From the human T2T-CHM13v2.0 reference genome, Homo sapiens: a stretch of 64,000 nucleotides of DNA. Below, piece by piece: positions 13,595-27,690 of this stretch (positions are counted from its first letter, which is position 1; each line of letters opens with the position of its first letter). Under the pieces are notes generated by a model, which ran no database searches, had not been told where the DNA came from, and was given only the letters and a program-made list of their open reading frames with translations. The DNA is taken from NCBI RefSeq assembly GCF_009914755.1, contig NC_060931.1, one strand, 5' to 3'. The translations under genes and the position numbers were made by a program.

Positions 13595-16500
13595 GGGGCA
13601 AGATGGCCAACTAGAAACCCTTAGCACTTGTCCCTACCCCACAAGGACAGTCCAAACAACAGATAAGTAATTACATTTTGATGAAAATAACTAAAGGAGA
13701 GCACTAGTGCACATCAAAGGAGTGGCAGAAACCCTGTAGAGCACAGAAATCTAGGATGGCCCCAGAGAGGATGGAAGGAAACCCCTGGCCTCCACCACCT
13801 CACCTCCCAGCTGGGCTCAGCTCAGAACCAGGAGGGACTTCTCCCTGTGAGGAAAAGGTAAGCAGGTGGACCCCAGCATCCCCCCATCAACACCTTGGAC
13901 ACCTGCAGTCCTCACCACTGGGGACTCCTGCAGTCCTCACAGACACTGAACCCAGCTGAAGGAGGTGTCAGGAGTCCACACAGCCATGCTCCCTCCAGAA
14001 AAGAAGCCGACACGGTGCCTTGCCCCCTGTGACCCACACGGCTACTGTGCTTTGCCATCTTGGAATCAGAACTACTGCTAGGTTATGTCCTGCTCTCGGG
14101 GTGAGTGGCCATGGCACCCTCCCATGCCTAAGGGCTTAGCCACCATGGAGCCACCCTTGTTCAGTGGTTCACCATCCCTGAGCGGAGCTGCTACCATACC
14201 CTACCCTGTGAGGCCAAGCTGCTGTAGAGCTGCTCTATCTACCCCTCCCAGTGGTTGCTGCATCTTGTCAATCAGGGCCCAAAATAAAGCTGTGCACTGC
14301 CTCCCAAGGAAACAGTGGATTAACAACACAGCTTCATCTACACCTCCCAGTAACTGCTACATCCAGCTCCCCCATGTCTGAGCTGAAATAGTGCCCAGCA
14401 TCCTGGGGAAACAGTGTCTTGGCTGTCCAGAGGAGTCATGTCCCACCAGTGCCTGAGTTGAAGATGTGCCCTGCCTCCTGGGAAATGATGTCTTGGCCAC
14501 TGAGAGCAGTCACACCTCCTGGGACTGAGCTGAAGCAGCACATTGCCTCCAAAGGAATTAGTGCCCTGGTGAAGCTGAGCAGCCATGCATCCCTGGGCTG
14601 AGCTGATAGAAACCCTGCATCCCAGAGAAACAGCATTGGTTGGGCTGAGACACCCTGGCCCGCACGCAAAACAACTAGTACCCTGCTTCCCTGGAGTCAA
14701 ACCAGCCCCTTAGAGTCTGAGCTGCTGAGACAAACCCTTCACTGGGGAGTAAAGTCATCTCTGTGCTGCTCCCTGTCCCACCAGAGCCTAAGCAATTGCT
14801 GCACTCTGCTATTCTAGGGTTCTGGCTGCTGCACCTGACCAAGTCTGGGATGCTGCTGTGTTCCACCACCTCAGGGTCCAAAGTCACCACTAAATAGTGT
14901 CTCATCCCCCACGATCTGACTTGACGCTATGTCGTATTGGCTCTGGTTCACAAATTGCAGCTGTATCCTGCTCACCAGGCCCAAATCTCCATAGCACCCC
15001 TTCTTTTCTGGAGCCAGGCCAGTGCCGTGCCCTGCCCTCAGGGTCAGAGACATAGCTACAAGCTGGCCCCCTGGGCCTAAGCTCCTGGAGGTTGCCTCAG
15101 AGTCACAGATCCTGGCTCTGTGGGCAATCTCTATCCAACTCTGCCTCAGAGAGTAAACCTATAGCACAAGACCCAGTTGTTACAATAGGTTGGCAAGATC
15201 TTGAACCCCGGACCTCAGTTTCACAGCTGCTCTGACACCTGTGTCCTGGAGCCCAGTGCTGCTGCAGCTGCATATGCTGCAGCTGCATATTGACCATGTT
15301 AGACCCAACACCAAGAGGGATTCATTCAGCTAAGTCTGCCCATTGTGGAGAAAACATGATCAGGACAGTCTCAAAACTCTTGCCACCAAGAACCCCAGCA
15401 ATCTATGCTGCCACTGCTGTTGCCACAAACTCCTATAGCCTAGGCTGCTGAGACATCATCGCAAATGTTAATTGCAGCTGAAGAATCTGTGCAAAGACTA
15501 TACCACTGAATATACTTGGAACCAGCCACTACATCTTTTTCAGCCGGCATACTAAGACTTGTTTGGAGGTGAAAATATGACCCTACCAAAGGAACACAAT
15601 AACTCTGTAACTAACCTCCAGAAAAAGGGAAATTTATAAATTGTCTGAAAAGGAATTAAAAATAATGGGCTTTAAGCAAACTCAGTGAGATACAAGAGAA
15701 TACAGATAGACAGTTGAAAAAAATCAGAGAAACAGTTCATGATCTCAAAGAGAAATTTAACAAAGAGATGGATATCTAAAAAAGAACCAATAGAAATCTT
15801 GGAGCTGAAGAATTTCATGAATGAAATTAAAAACATACAATACAGAGCTTCAGTAGCAGACTAGATTAAGCAGAAGAAAGAATCTCTGAACTTGAAGATA
15901 GATCTAGATCTTTTGAAATTACCCAATCAGAGGGGAAAACAAAAACAAAAACCCAAAACAATAAAAAAGTGAAAACAGCCTATGGGAGTCCTGGGATACC
16001 ATTAAATGAGAAAACATTTGTATTATGAGAGTTTCAGAAAAAGAAGTGACAAAGATAGGGACAGAAAGCTTATCTGTAATTATAAAATAGTTGGTGAAAA
16101 CTTCCCAAGTCTTGGAAGAGATAAAAACATCCAGATTAATGAAGCTTACAGGTTCCCAAACAAACTCAACCTAGAGAGGTCCTCACTGAGACAAAGTGCA
16201 ATTAAATGGTCAAAAGTCAAAAGAAAAAGTAAGAATTTAAAAAGCAGCAATGAGAAAAATGTCAAGTCATACACAAGGGAACTACCATTAGACTATGAAC
16301 AGATGTCTCAGCAGAAACCCTGGAGTCTAAGAAAGAAGGGGATGATATTGAAAGTGCTGAAAGTCTTTCCTGAACAAGCAAAAGTTGAGGGAAATCATTC
16401 CCCTACATCTGCCTTACATCAAATGCTTAAGGGAGTTCTTCAAGTAGAAATGAAAGCATATGAAAGTACAACATTCACTGATAAGGGCAAATATATCAAA

Positions 16501-18162
16501 TCCAGAATAATTCAATACTGTTATGTTGCTCTGTAAATCATAGATATCTCTACTATGAACCATTAACAAAACATCAGTAGTAAGTCCTTATCTATCAATA
16601 AATACTTTGAATGTAAATGGATTGAAATCTCCAATCAAAAGACACAGATTTGCTGAATAGTTTAAAAAACAAGATCCAACTATATGCTGCTTACAAGAGA
16701 CTCACATTAACCTTAAGGACACACAGAGGCTGAAAATAAAGGGATAGAAGAAGATATTCCAGGCAAACAGTAAACAAAAGAGTAGGAGTGGCTATATTTA
16801 GATAAAATAGATTCATTGGGGAAAGCATAGCTTTATAAATGGTGCTGTGAAAATTGGAAATAAAACTAGACTTCTGTCTCTCTCAAAAATCAAATCAAAA
16901 TGCATTAAAAACTTAAACGTAAGATCCAAAACTATAAAGGTACTATAGTAAAACATGCGGAGATACTTCATGATATTGGCTTGGACAATGGTTTTTTGGA
17001 TATGCCTCAAAAGCACAGGCAATAAAAAAGCAGACAAATGGGATTACATCCAATTAAAAAGATTCCATACTGAAAAAGAACAATCAACAACCTCCAAAAT
17101 AGGAGAAAACCTACAAAATAGGAGAAAATATTTGCAAACTACTCATCTGACAAGAAGTTAATATCCAAAATATACAAGGAACTCAAACAGCTTAACAGCT
17201 AAAAAAAAATAATAAAAAAAAAGTGCGAAAGAGCTGAGTAGACATTCCTCAAAAGACATACGAATGGCTAACAGTTATATGAAAAATTGCTCACCATCAC
17301 TAATTATCAGGGAAATACAAATCAAAACCACAGTGTGATATCACCTCAATGTGTTAAGATAGCTATTAGCAAAAAGACAAAAGATAACAAGTGTCGGCGA
17401 GGATGTGGAGAAAAGGGAACCCTTGCACACTGTGGATGGCAATGTAAATTAGTATAGCCATTACAGAAAACAGTATGGAAGTTCCTCAAAATATTAAAAA
17501 TAGAACTACTACATGATCAGTAATTCTACTGGATATATATCTGAAGAAAATAAAATGAATATGTCACAAAGTTATCTTCACTCCTATATTTATTGAAGTA
17601 CTATTCGCAATAGCCAAGATATGGAGCCAACCCAAGTGTCCATCAATGGATGAATGGTTAAAGAAAATGTGGTAAATCTACACAATGGAATACTATTCAG
17701 CCACAAAAGAGAATGAAATCCTGTCATTTGCAACAACATGAATAAACCTGGAGGACATTACATTAAGTATGCCAGGCCCAGAAAGACAAATACTGCACGA
17801 TCTCACTTATATGCAGAATATAAAAGAGTTCATCTCATAGAAATAGAGAATAAAATAGTGGATAGCAGTGGCTGGGGAGGGTAGTGGGAAGGAGGGGTAG
17901 GGGGAAATTGTACAAAGGATACGAAGTTACTGTTAGGAGAAAATAGTTCCTGTGTCCTATTGCACATTAGGTTGACTATAGTTACCAATAATGTATAGTA
18001 TATTTCAAAGTAGATAGAGGATTTTGAATGTTTTCACCACAAAGAAATGATAAATGCTTGAGGTGATGGATTTACTTACTCTGATTTGATACTTATACAG
18101 CATATACATGTGTTGAAACATCATATACCCCATAAATATGTATAATTATTGTCAATTAAAAA
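13595..18162 (+). mobile_element. L1MA-class element with 5'UTR, ORF1 remnant, start of the endonuclease, a large internal ORF2 deletion (junction at about 16813) and 3' end
   Basis: 5' start ggggcaagatggccaactag; ORF1-like ENFPSLGRDKNIQINEAYRFP; EN start actttgaatgtaaatggattgaaatctccaatcaaaagacacag; L1MA 3'UTR ending caattaaaaat. Confidence 0.9.
14378..14670 (+). repeat. Four diverged monomers of about 73 bp inside the L1 5'UTR
   Basis: ctgag(c/t)tga anchors at 14378, 14453, 14525 and 14598, each followed by a tgc.tcc...gaaa...tg motif. Confidence 0.8.
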
Positions 18163-20038
18163 TAGACTTAAAAGATACACTGTTTTTCTAATAGAAAAAG
18201 CCTGAAAGCAACAACAATATCCATTAGCTTTAGTGGGAATCTGATTAAGTATTAAAAACAAGATGTATTTCTGAACTAATATATAAAACCCTCCAAAATA
18301 AATTAATATTAAAAAACAGCAAGGCACTAGGACATATACAACTGTAATGTACTCAACAGGACCAAAATCATACAAAACATGTTCTCTTTGACAATGAAAT
18401 TATTAGAAATCAACAATAGAAAAAGATTTGGGAAATTCCAAATGTTGGGATAATACACAGTTTTCTAAGTAACCTATAGGTCAAAAAAGAAATTACAAGG
18501 GAAATAAATATCTTAGACGGAGTGAAAAAGGGAAACACAACATAGTAAAATTTATGGAATTTAGCTAAAGAAGTAGTTGGAGTGAAATTTATAGTTTTAA
18601 GTGATTTCGTTAGAAAGAAATGGAATCATTAATCCTCTAAGCTTCCACCTCAAGAAGACAGAAAAGGAAAAGTAAATCAAACACGAAGTAAGCTGGAGAG
18701 AAAAAACTATTAACTACCAGTGTGTAAAATGTTGAAACGGAAAACAGAAAATCAGCAATTTCAAAAGTTAGTTCTTAAAAAGGAATTACATAAAATTTTA
18801 TTAAAAACTTTATGCTAATTCAACAACTTAGATGAATTATAAAAATTTCTAGAAATACATAAATTACCAAAACTGATTTAAGAAGAAAACATTAAATCAA
18901 GAAAAGAAATGGAATTAATAACTAAAAACCTTCCTACAAATAAAAGCTCAGACTAGATGACTTCACTGGTGAATTCTATCAGACTTTTAAGGAAGAAATA
19001 ATATCAATCCTACACAAACTGTTTCAGAAGTTAGAGGAGAGGGAACACTTTCCTACTCATTTTATGAAGCCACTATTATCCTGACACCAAAGCCAGAGAA
19101 ATATATCACATGAAAAGAAAACAACAGAAAAATCTTCCCCCAAACAGATTAAAAAATCTTTAACAAAATATGAGCAAACAAAATTCAGCAACATACAAAA
19201 AGAGTTATATACCATGATCAAGTAGGGTTGTTATCCCAGGAACATTAAATTAGTTCAATAACTAAAAATCGTGTTATGTAATATACCATTATTAATAAAG
19301 GACAAAAACTACCAGATCATCCCAATAGCTGCAGCAAAAACATTTGATAAAAACCAAGACCTATTGATTATTTAAATTTCCAGCAAACCAAGAATAGAAG
19401 ACAACTTTCTCAACCTGATAAAGGGCATATAAAAATCCTGTCCTAAAATCAGATGTAATGATGCAAGACTAACAGTTTCTAAAACTGGTAACAAGGTAGG
19501 GATGTCTGCTCACCTCTCTTGCACTCAATATTATTCTGGGAAGTTCAAGCTAGTGTAATAAGGCAAGGAAAAGAAGTCAAAGGCATACAAATTGGAAAGG
19601 AAGAAGTAAAACTGTCTTTATTACCAGATGGTATAATAACTACATAGAATATATTATGGAGTCTACAAAAAGCCTCCAGACTTAAAGAGTCAGTTTAATA
19701 AAATTGCAGTGTACGAAATAAAAAATGAAAAACAAATGCATTTCTATATATTAGCAATAAACAACCTGAAAAGACATAAAACAATTCCATTGACAATAAC
19801 ATCAACAAGAATAAAATAGCTAGAAATAAATTGAACAAAAGTACAAGATCTGTACATTGAAAACTACAAACTGTTTCTGAGAGAAATTAAAGATCCAAAT
19901 AAGTGAAGAGATATACTATCTTTATGAATTAAAAGGTTCAATGTTGGCAATTTTCCACAAATAGCTCTATAGATGCAATGAAACACCCAAATCTCAGCAG
20001 GCCTTTTATGTAACAAAATAATTAAAAAGGCAATCCTA

Positions 20039-20336
20039 GGCCAGGCACAGTGACTCATTCCTGTAATCCCAACTTTGGCGGGTAGAGGCAGGAGGATTGC
20101 GTGAGCCCAGGAGCTCTAGACACCCCTGGGAAACACAGTGAGGCTTCATCACTAAAAGAAAATTTAAAAAGCCAGGTACAGTGGCATGTGCCTGTAGTCC
20201 TACCTACTGGAGAAGCTGAGGTGAAGGATCACTTGAGCCCAGGAGTTTGAGGCTGCAGTGAGCTATGATTGCACCACTGTACTGTAGCTTATGCAACAGA
20301 GTGAGACCCTGTCTATTAAAAAAAAAAAAAAAAAAG
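20039..20336 (+). mobile_element. AluJ
   Basis: Dimer with A tail; TSD gcaatcctag. Confidence 0.93.
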
Positions 20337-20836
20337 GAACAATGCAATCCTAGAATGTCTATGGAAATGCAAAGGACCTAGAATAGCCAAATTATTTTGA
20401 AAAAGCAGAAAAAGTTGGAGGACTAACACTCTCTGGTTTCAAGACTTAATAGAAAGCTAAAGTAACCTAGAGGGTGTGGTAGTAGCACAAGAATAGACAA
20501 ACAGATCAATGGAACAGAATAGGGCATCTAGAAATAAACCTCCACATTTATGCTAATTCATTTTTGACAAAAGTGTCAAGGGAATTCAATAAAAAATTAG
20601 CTTTTTCAACAAATGGTGCTAGAATGATTGGATGTACATAAGCAAAAAAAAAAAAAATGAAGTTAGGCCCTTAATTCACAGTATACACAAAAATTATCTT
20701 GACATGTTTACAGACCTAAATAAAAGAGCTAAAGGTATACAATTTTTAGAAGAAAACACAAGAAATCTCAGGTCAGGCAAAGATTTCTTAGATATAACAC
20801 CAAAAGAATGATCCATATAAGAAAAAAAAAAACTTG

Positions 20837-21174
<338 letters not shown>

Positions 21175-24118
21175 TTAGAAAACATTCTACTTCTTAACAA
21201 TTTAAATATATATTCTTCTTACAGCTGAGCAATACTACTCCTAGGTATCTACCCAAGAAAAATGAAAACATAAGCAACACAAACATGTGTATCCAAATGT
21301 TCATAACAACATGATTCATAAATGTCAAAAACTGAAAACAACTCAAATGTCCATACACTAATGAATGGACAGGAAAATGGAGTGTATCTGTACAATGGAA
21401 TACTATGCAGCCATAAAAGAAACAAACACTTAAACCTCACCGACATAGGTAACTCTCACCAGCATTAAGCTAAGTAAAATATTATATACTGTATGATTCC
21501 ATTTATGAAAAAATTATAGAAAGACAAAACGATTCAGAAAGCATATTAGTGGTTACCTGGGGTTTGGGAGAATTCGGGATGATGGATGTTCTAAGGATTA
21601 TGATGATTGTTGCACAACTATATCATTTTAGCAACTTACTGAGCATACACTTACATTGGTGAGTGTTGTGGTATGTAAATTATATCACATGGTGTATGTA
21701 AAACACCAAATAACCTAGGTATTTTAAAGTAGCACACACTTATCCCATCTATATTAAACATACTATATATATTCATACACGTGCTAGTAGACCATAAACT
21801 TTCTGTGACTATACATACAAACAATATATTTGCTTCTGGGAGAAAGGACTGAAAGTCTGGGATAGGACAGACAATTACTTTCATTTTATACTTGTTGACA
21901 TTATTTGCTTTAAAAAAGTTAAACCATGTACATTATTACTTTATAAATTAAAAACTCTAGTAAATAATTAAAAACAGCCGACCACCCATGGTCCTGATAT
22001 AAGGACCCAGGCCTGCGACTCAGCTCTTGAGTCTGCTTATCTCAAAGAGGTCATAGGCACTTCTGGTAGCCCATAATAAGATAAAGTGAATTTCACCACA
22101 TAAGCATGGTGCTAGTTCCTATTAATTTCAGAGAGATGAGTATAAATTGTGGGAATTAGGGTAAACTCAAGAGGTTTTCGACTAGAAGTACTTTAAGCAT
22201 CACAGCATTCTGCATTTTGCTATGCTAGGCAAAAAACAAAAACCAATTCCCTCATCCCCAAACACAAACCAAATGCAAAGACCACTTTGATTACTTGTGG
22301 AGTAAATGGGGGGCAAAGGAAAAGTGAGAATGGGGTAGCCAAGCTGATAGCAGGCACACAACGAATATTTTCAGAAAAGTACAAATTACCATAATGTAAA
22401 TTAGGGATTTCAAAGTACCTTTTTTCTGCTATGTCATGCTTTTAGAAGAAGCTGTATATAAAAAATGCATCCAAATTTGTTTCTATGAATCATACAGTGG
22501 ATACTGCACAGTGAGTTTGTGATACCATTTAATATCAAGAACTTGGTCCAAATATTTGATTTTCATTTGGACACTATGAAGATATGGCTATTTAATTAGC
22601 AATGTTTATTTTAATCTTAAGCAATGCAAGAAATTAAAATACCTTGCCAACATTTAATTATGAGAATTCAAGTGCTATTTTGTAACAATGCCTTGAGAAG
22701 GTCAAATTTAAGATTGTTTGGCTATCATATGAATTTCCCTTTTAGTACCGGGAACCTAAGACTTTGTAGAGTGCTGCTCACAAATGCCTGGTGTTTGCTG
22801 TCCGTTTCCAAACAAGGAATCAACAATGTGATACTTCCTTGAAGGAAAAACACCTGCAGACAGGGCCAAATAAATCATAAAAGGTGCTTCTTTCTTTCAG
22901 CTTTGACAGCCTTCACTTGCATTTCAAACTGAGAGTTTCAGGCTGTTTTGAGTGCTTTGAATAGGCAACCACATGTTTGTCACACGTGTGTCCTTCATGC
23001 ATGAGTTCCTCATTGTCCTGTTCCTTCTGACCCACCCATGCTGAAGCTTCGATGTTTACACTCGCCAGACATTTAGTGAGCAGATGTTGGGCTACAACAC
23101 TACCACTGGGTTAGGTAGTAGTATTATCCCATTGTAACAGATGACATGGCTGAGGCTCATTGACTTTCAGTGTCCTAAGTCCACAAATTGGCAAATGGGA
23201 AAACCAGGGCCTAGCCTGATCCTTTTCCTTTACACTCTTTTTTCGAGATAGTATCCTCTTTATCTATGGCCCCTTCCCTCCCTTCTCTCTCTAGGTTCAC
23301 TGGTCATCCAGAGCAAAGCAGCAGAGGTGTGGAGAAGGGGCCCTGTGCTTTACCCCATTCCCTTCCCCACAGAAAAGGTAGAGGGGAAGAAACATTCAGG
23401 GCTCAGAGCTTCTACCACACTTGGCACTGTTCCTATTTCCATACTTTGCCCGGGACACTCAGGCCAGAACTTCAGCCCTCACCCTGTTCTGTAACTTTCT
23501 TCCCAGATCATGGGAGGCACTATGGGTAATTGTTGCTAGTGCAGTTCCTGTAGTAGCAGAAGTGTCCTGAACAGCATCATTCCAAACTGTGAAAAGATTT
23601 TTCTACAGCAGCACAGCTCCCACAGCTCTCACAGTTCATGGTCCTTCTGAGTATTGTCAAGACTGTGCTTGGGCTTAGTAGGGGTTGAACTGGCTTCCAC
23701 CTGCTAGCCTGGAAACCTAAGCACGATTAAAAGCGTTGCTTCCATCGTAAAAGCAGGTTTCTTAATTAAATCAATGGGAAACCAGTTTGAGTTCTCCATG
23801 ACCGATACATGAATGAATTTTTGAAACAAAATACATTCATAGTTGGGGATTTAATCTTTACCCTCCAACTTTCTATCAATATGTCTGTAAGACTGAAAGA
23901 ACTATTATTATTGTGTTTAATACAAAATAGAAAAAGACATATTCTGAATTCAAAAACAAAGTTTCCTTTAATTCATGTTTTTCTCTCTCACTCTTTAAGC
24001 TTTATTTTTTAAAGTATAATTTCATTCAACTCCAAGGAAATCTGCATTTTAACAATATTATTAAATGATCCTACTATTTTACCCACATATTTTATTGCTG
24101 AGCCAGTGTTTGTCTTAC

Positions 24119-24757
24119 CTCCTCGATGGATAATCAAAGAAGTTTCACTTCCAATGGGACAGTCCTTAAGTATATCCACTACTTCTGTATGGCTCAGGTT
24201 CTGTACATTCTGCTGGTTGATCTCAACAATGAGGTCGCCTTCACACAGGCCAGGGCATCCCTGAATGTCAAGTATTTGTTTCACCCGCTGTCCTGTAGGA
24301 CTGTCGGCAATAGTGAAGCCGAAGCCCTGGGCACCTTTCACAATGGTTAAGGTCATAAGTTCAGCTTGGGTGGCCCCAGATGAAGCCATAGACACATTGT
24401 CATCATGGACGGGCGGTGGATACGTGCCGTCTAGCTGACCATCAGTTGGCATGGAGTGCAGAGAATGAGGCGGCCGATCTGTTATATCTGGAACTGACTG
24501 TGAGGTCCGAGAAATGTACTCCAAATATGTTTCATAGTTGTGTCTTCCATTGACCATCACTGGAGGTGGCCTCTCCATTATTGCAAGGGGTGGCACCATG
24601 CTGTTAGCAGGGTCTTCAGGATCAAAGGGCAAAGGGTAGCCACGACACAACACCAGGTTGACACTCTGACCAATAGGAACAGACTGGAAAAGTTTGACAA
24701 CATCTGCATGAGTGTGTCCAAGGACACAAACTTCATTAATATAGACAATGACATCAC
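24119..24757 (-). CDS. MAGI2: Internal coding exon of MAGI2 (membrane-associated guanylate kinase inverted 2 / S-SCAM): C-terminal half of a PDZ domain, linker, and most of the next PDZ domain. Probably exon 10 of the canonical transcript (numbering from memory).
   Basis: ORF 24009..24785(-) reads GDVIVYINEVCVLGHTHADVVKLFQSVPIGQSVNLVLCRGYPLPFDPEDP...LTIVKGAQGFGFTIADSPTGQRVKQILD...SLIIHRG, which I recognise as MAGI2 with the PDZ GFGF motif. Acceptor tttttttcttacag|GTGAT at 24758/24757; donor GAG|gtaag at 24119/24118; length 639 bp = 213 codons. Confidence 0.97.
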
Positions 24758-25309
24758 CTGTAAGAAAAAAAGAGATTGACAACATGAGGTAAGTTCAATT
24801 AACATTGACATAGAGAAATGGAATTATTTACGAGACTAGTGAGAGGTGTTGTTTCTTAGTAAGCAGTGAGAAATCAATTAGAATAATACTTAAAATCACT
24901 GTGGGTGACTCAAGGTTACAACAGGACTGCCAGCAAATACAATGATGAAGTGCTGAAAAAAAGCTATTTGGTTATTCTTGAAGTTCAGAAACAACTTCAT
25001 ATTCAGAAACAAAGGCTCTGAAAGAAAAGGTTAGAGGAATGTGTACCTTGAAGAAGCACATTCTCTATGCTTCTTTTTCATCTTATATTCCATCTTCAGT
25101 GTAATTCAGTTAATATAATTTTCGAACTATTGAGAAGTAGTGGTCATGAGTTTTAGACGAAAAACAAAGCCCTAGCATATTTTTTTTTGTATAAGTTGAA
25201 TAAGTCAATTGCCTTTTTTCTTTTTTATGGAACAGAAAAATATTTGCCCATTTATTTTTTTCCATCTATAGCAGGTAATTACAAAGCTTCCATGTATATG
25301 CGAGCAAAG

Positions 25310-25520
25310 GTCAAGGGTGCAGGTTTTGGGATTAGGGAGCTGGGTTGACACCTTGGCTCTACTATTTAACAGATACATGATATTGACCAAGTTCCCTGCT
25401 TTGAGCCACAGTTCCTCATTTGTAAAGTTGTGAGAATGAAATGACATAATGTAGGAAAAGTACTTGGCATAGTGTATGACACACAGTGCTCAATAAATGT
25501 GGACTATTATTAATATGATT
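25310..25520 (+). mobile_element. MIR
   Basis: tttgagccacagttcctcatttgtaaagttg core; gtgctcaataaatgt end. Confidence 0.8.
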
Positions 25521-26529
25521 GTTGTTAAAATAGGATGGAGGAGATTTGGGTCCCTTGGTTTCAAACAGAAAGTTGCCACAGTTCATCCTCTGATCTTAGA
25601 TAAACTAATATTTCTGTGGATCAGTTTCAATAAAGGCACTTGTCCTTTCTCCCCAGTGAACTATCACAGATTTTCAGAGGTCTACTGGTTAGAGGCTAAC
25701 TTTATGATTAGAAATGCTCTGAATGCAAATTATCCATTATAAAATATATTCAGAGAAATATTTTTTCCTGCTTAAAATGCAGAAAATCATGGCTGTTTGA
25801 GATAAATGTTTTTTTAAAAATTTCAATTATGTATGAATAACAATTTTATTTTTGGAGAACTATTTTATCATGGATTGGTATTTTTATCTTCACAAACCAT
25901 AATACTTGAAAATTGAGCTTGCAAATTGAGATTGTGCCTGACTATGCTGAGGAGTATATTAGGGATGAAGAGACATGTTTTCACAGATCTTGAAATAAGC
26001 AACTCAACAGACATCAGTTTATCAGAATAATTCTGGAATGGGAGGTACAAATGGCTAGGGATTTCATTCTGAGACATCCTTGCCCAGCAAGCTTGCAAAC
26101 GTTAAAAATGAAAAACAGAGTTGAACTTTTAGAGTTGACAACTTTTCTGGTCTTTTGTAGGTGTATAACATAAAATGAATAAAACAATTAACAGCATTGT
26201 CTTAATTAACAGTCCCTCTTCCCAAATTGACAGAGAGGCCAAGCAGACATTTTCAGGGATCCAGGTTAGGTCTGCCTCTAGAAAATGTCACAACCTATGT
26301 GATTGGTCAGATGGAACTTCACTTTTCCATAATGTCTATCAGAGAGGGTACTGATGTGGTGGCTGGAACGTGGGTCCACGGCTCAGAACTGAATTGGAGT
26401 GGACATTCCCTCACTGTTATTATAATTCCTCTTCAGACTGTGGCAGCTGGGGATGCTTTGGGAATCGTTTTTAATTGATTCCATTCATCTCAGTGTCCCA
26501 GAGAAGTGTCTGATTCAGATAGACTATTT

Positions 26530-27400
26530 TTCTCTCCTGTTTCTTTTAGTTTTAATGTTATATTTTCTACATTTAAAAGGTTGAAAGAACAACAAATACT
26601 TGTATACTAACATCCAACTTAATGATTGGAACATTGCTCATATTAGTTGAATCCCCCTTGGCTAGCACCTCTCCCCCAACTTGCACTCCTTTACAGCCCT
26701 TTCCAAGGTAACCATTGCCCTATTTGAGGTTTGTTATTTACATATACCTTTATAATTTATATCATATCTAGGTGTCCGTAAAAACAATATCTCTAAATAG
26801 TATCTAATCTCTAAATAATAATAATCCCTGGAAAGTATTTTACATATTTTAAGCCTTTTGTAAATGGTATATATTTTAATATTCTGTAACTTTTCTTAAA
26901 ATATGTTTGTGATATTTATCTATTTTGATACTTGTGCCTCTAGTTGATTAGTTTTCATTGTAATACAGTATTTAGTGATGGCTATATTACTACTTAATAA
27001 CATTCATCCATTCTTTTGTTAATGGACACCGGAGTTATGACAAATCTGTGGCTATTGAAAATAACTCTGCTATGAACCCCATGCTGGCACAGACCATGTG
27101 CATCTTCAACTTTGTTAGATAGTGGCAAATGGCTGACAAAAGAGGTCACATTGATTTACACTCTGATCGGTAGTGTGTTGAAATTTTCATTGCTTTACAT
27201 CTGACACAGTACTTCGTATTCTCAGACTTAATTTTTACCAATCTAATGGATGTGATCATAGTTTTGATTTGCATTTCCCAGACTGCCAGTGAAGGTGAGC
27301 ATCTTTTCATGTTTATTGGCCTTTTGGATTTTCTCTTGGGTATGCCTCATTTCCTCAATTTCCTATTCAGTGAGTTTTTTTTAACTCATTGACTATTTTT
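26530..27400 (-). mobile_element. Old L1M 3' region remnant
   Basis: ttcatccattcttttgttaatggacac; gttttgatttgcatttccc; gagcatcttttcatgtttattggcc. Confidence 0.75.
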
Positions 27401-27454
27401 TATGTCTACTTTCATTCTTGCTCCAACATTCTTCTTAGGTTCAGGAGGCTGCAA

Positions 27455-27690
27455 GGTATAGTAGAGATCACATGGGATATGAGGTCAAAAGACTTTGGTC
27501 TGAGTTCTAGTTTCATCACTTATTAGCTATATAACTTTCCCAAACTGGCTTCAATCCTCTGTGACTCAGATTTTTTAGAAGTAATGATGAACAATAGTAA
27601 TAGCAACTTATTGTTCCATGGGAAATAACGAATGAGATCATACAGGTGAAAGGGTTTCTAAGCTGTAAATTGTTATGCAAAAGATGATTG
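27455..27690 (+). mobile_element. MIR
   Basis: gaggtcaaaagactttggtctgagttctagtttcatcacttattagctat. Confidence 0.7.

Noticed and set aside
14378-14670. Regularly spaced repeats resembling a CRISPR array
   Set aside because: Whole monomers are homologous, there are no unique spacers, and the context is a eukaryotic L1 5'UTR with no cas genes.
17874-17905. G-quadruplex-like G runs (also about 8814-8845)
   Set aside because: These are standard G-rich tracts of L1 3'UTRs.
24758-24785. N-terminal part of the 258-aa ORF (MLSISFFLT)
   Set aside because: It is the intronic polypyrimidine tract and acceptor read in frame, not coding sequence.
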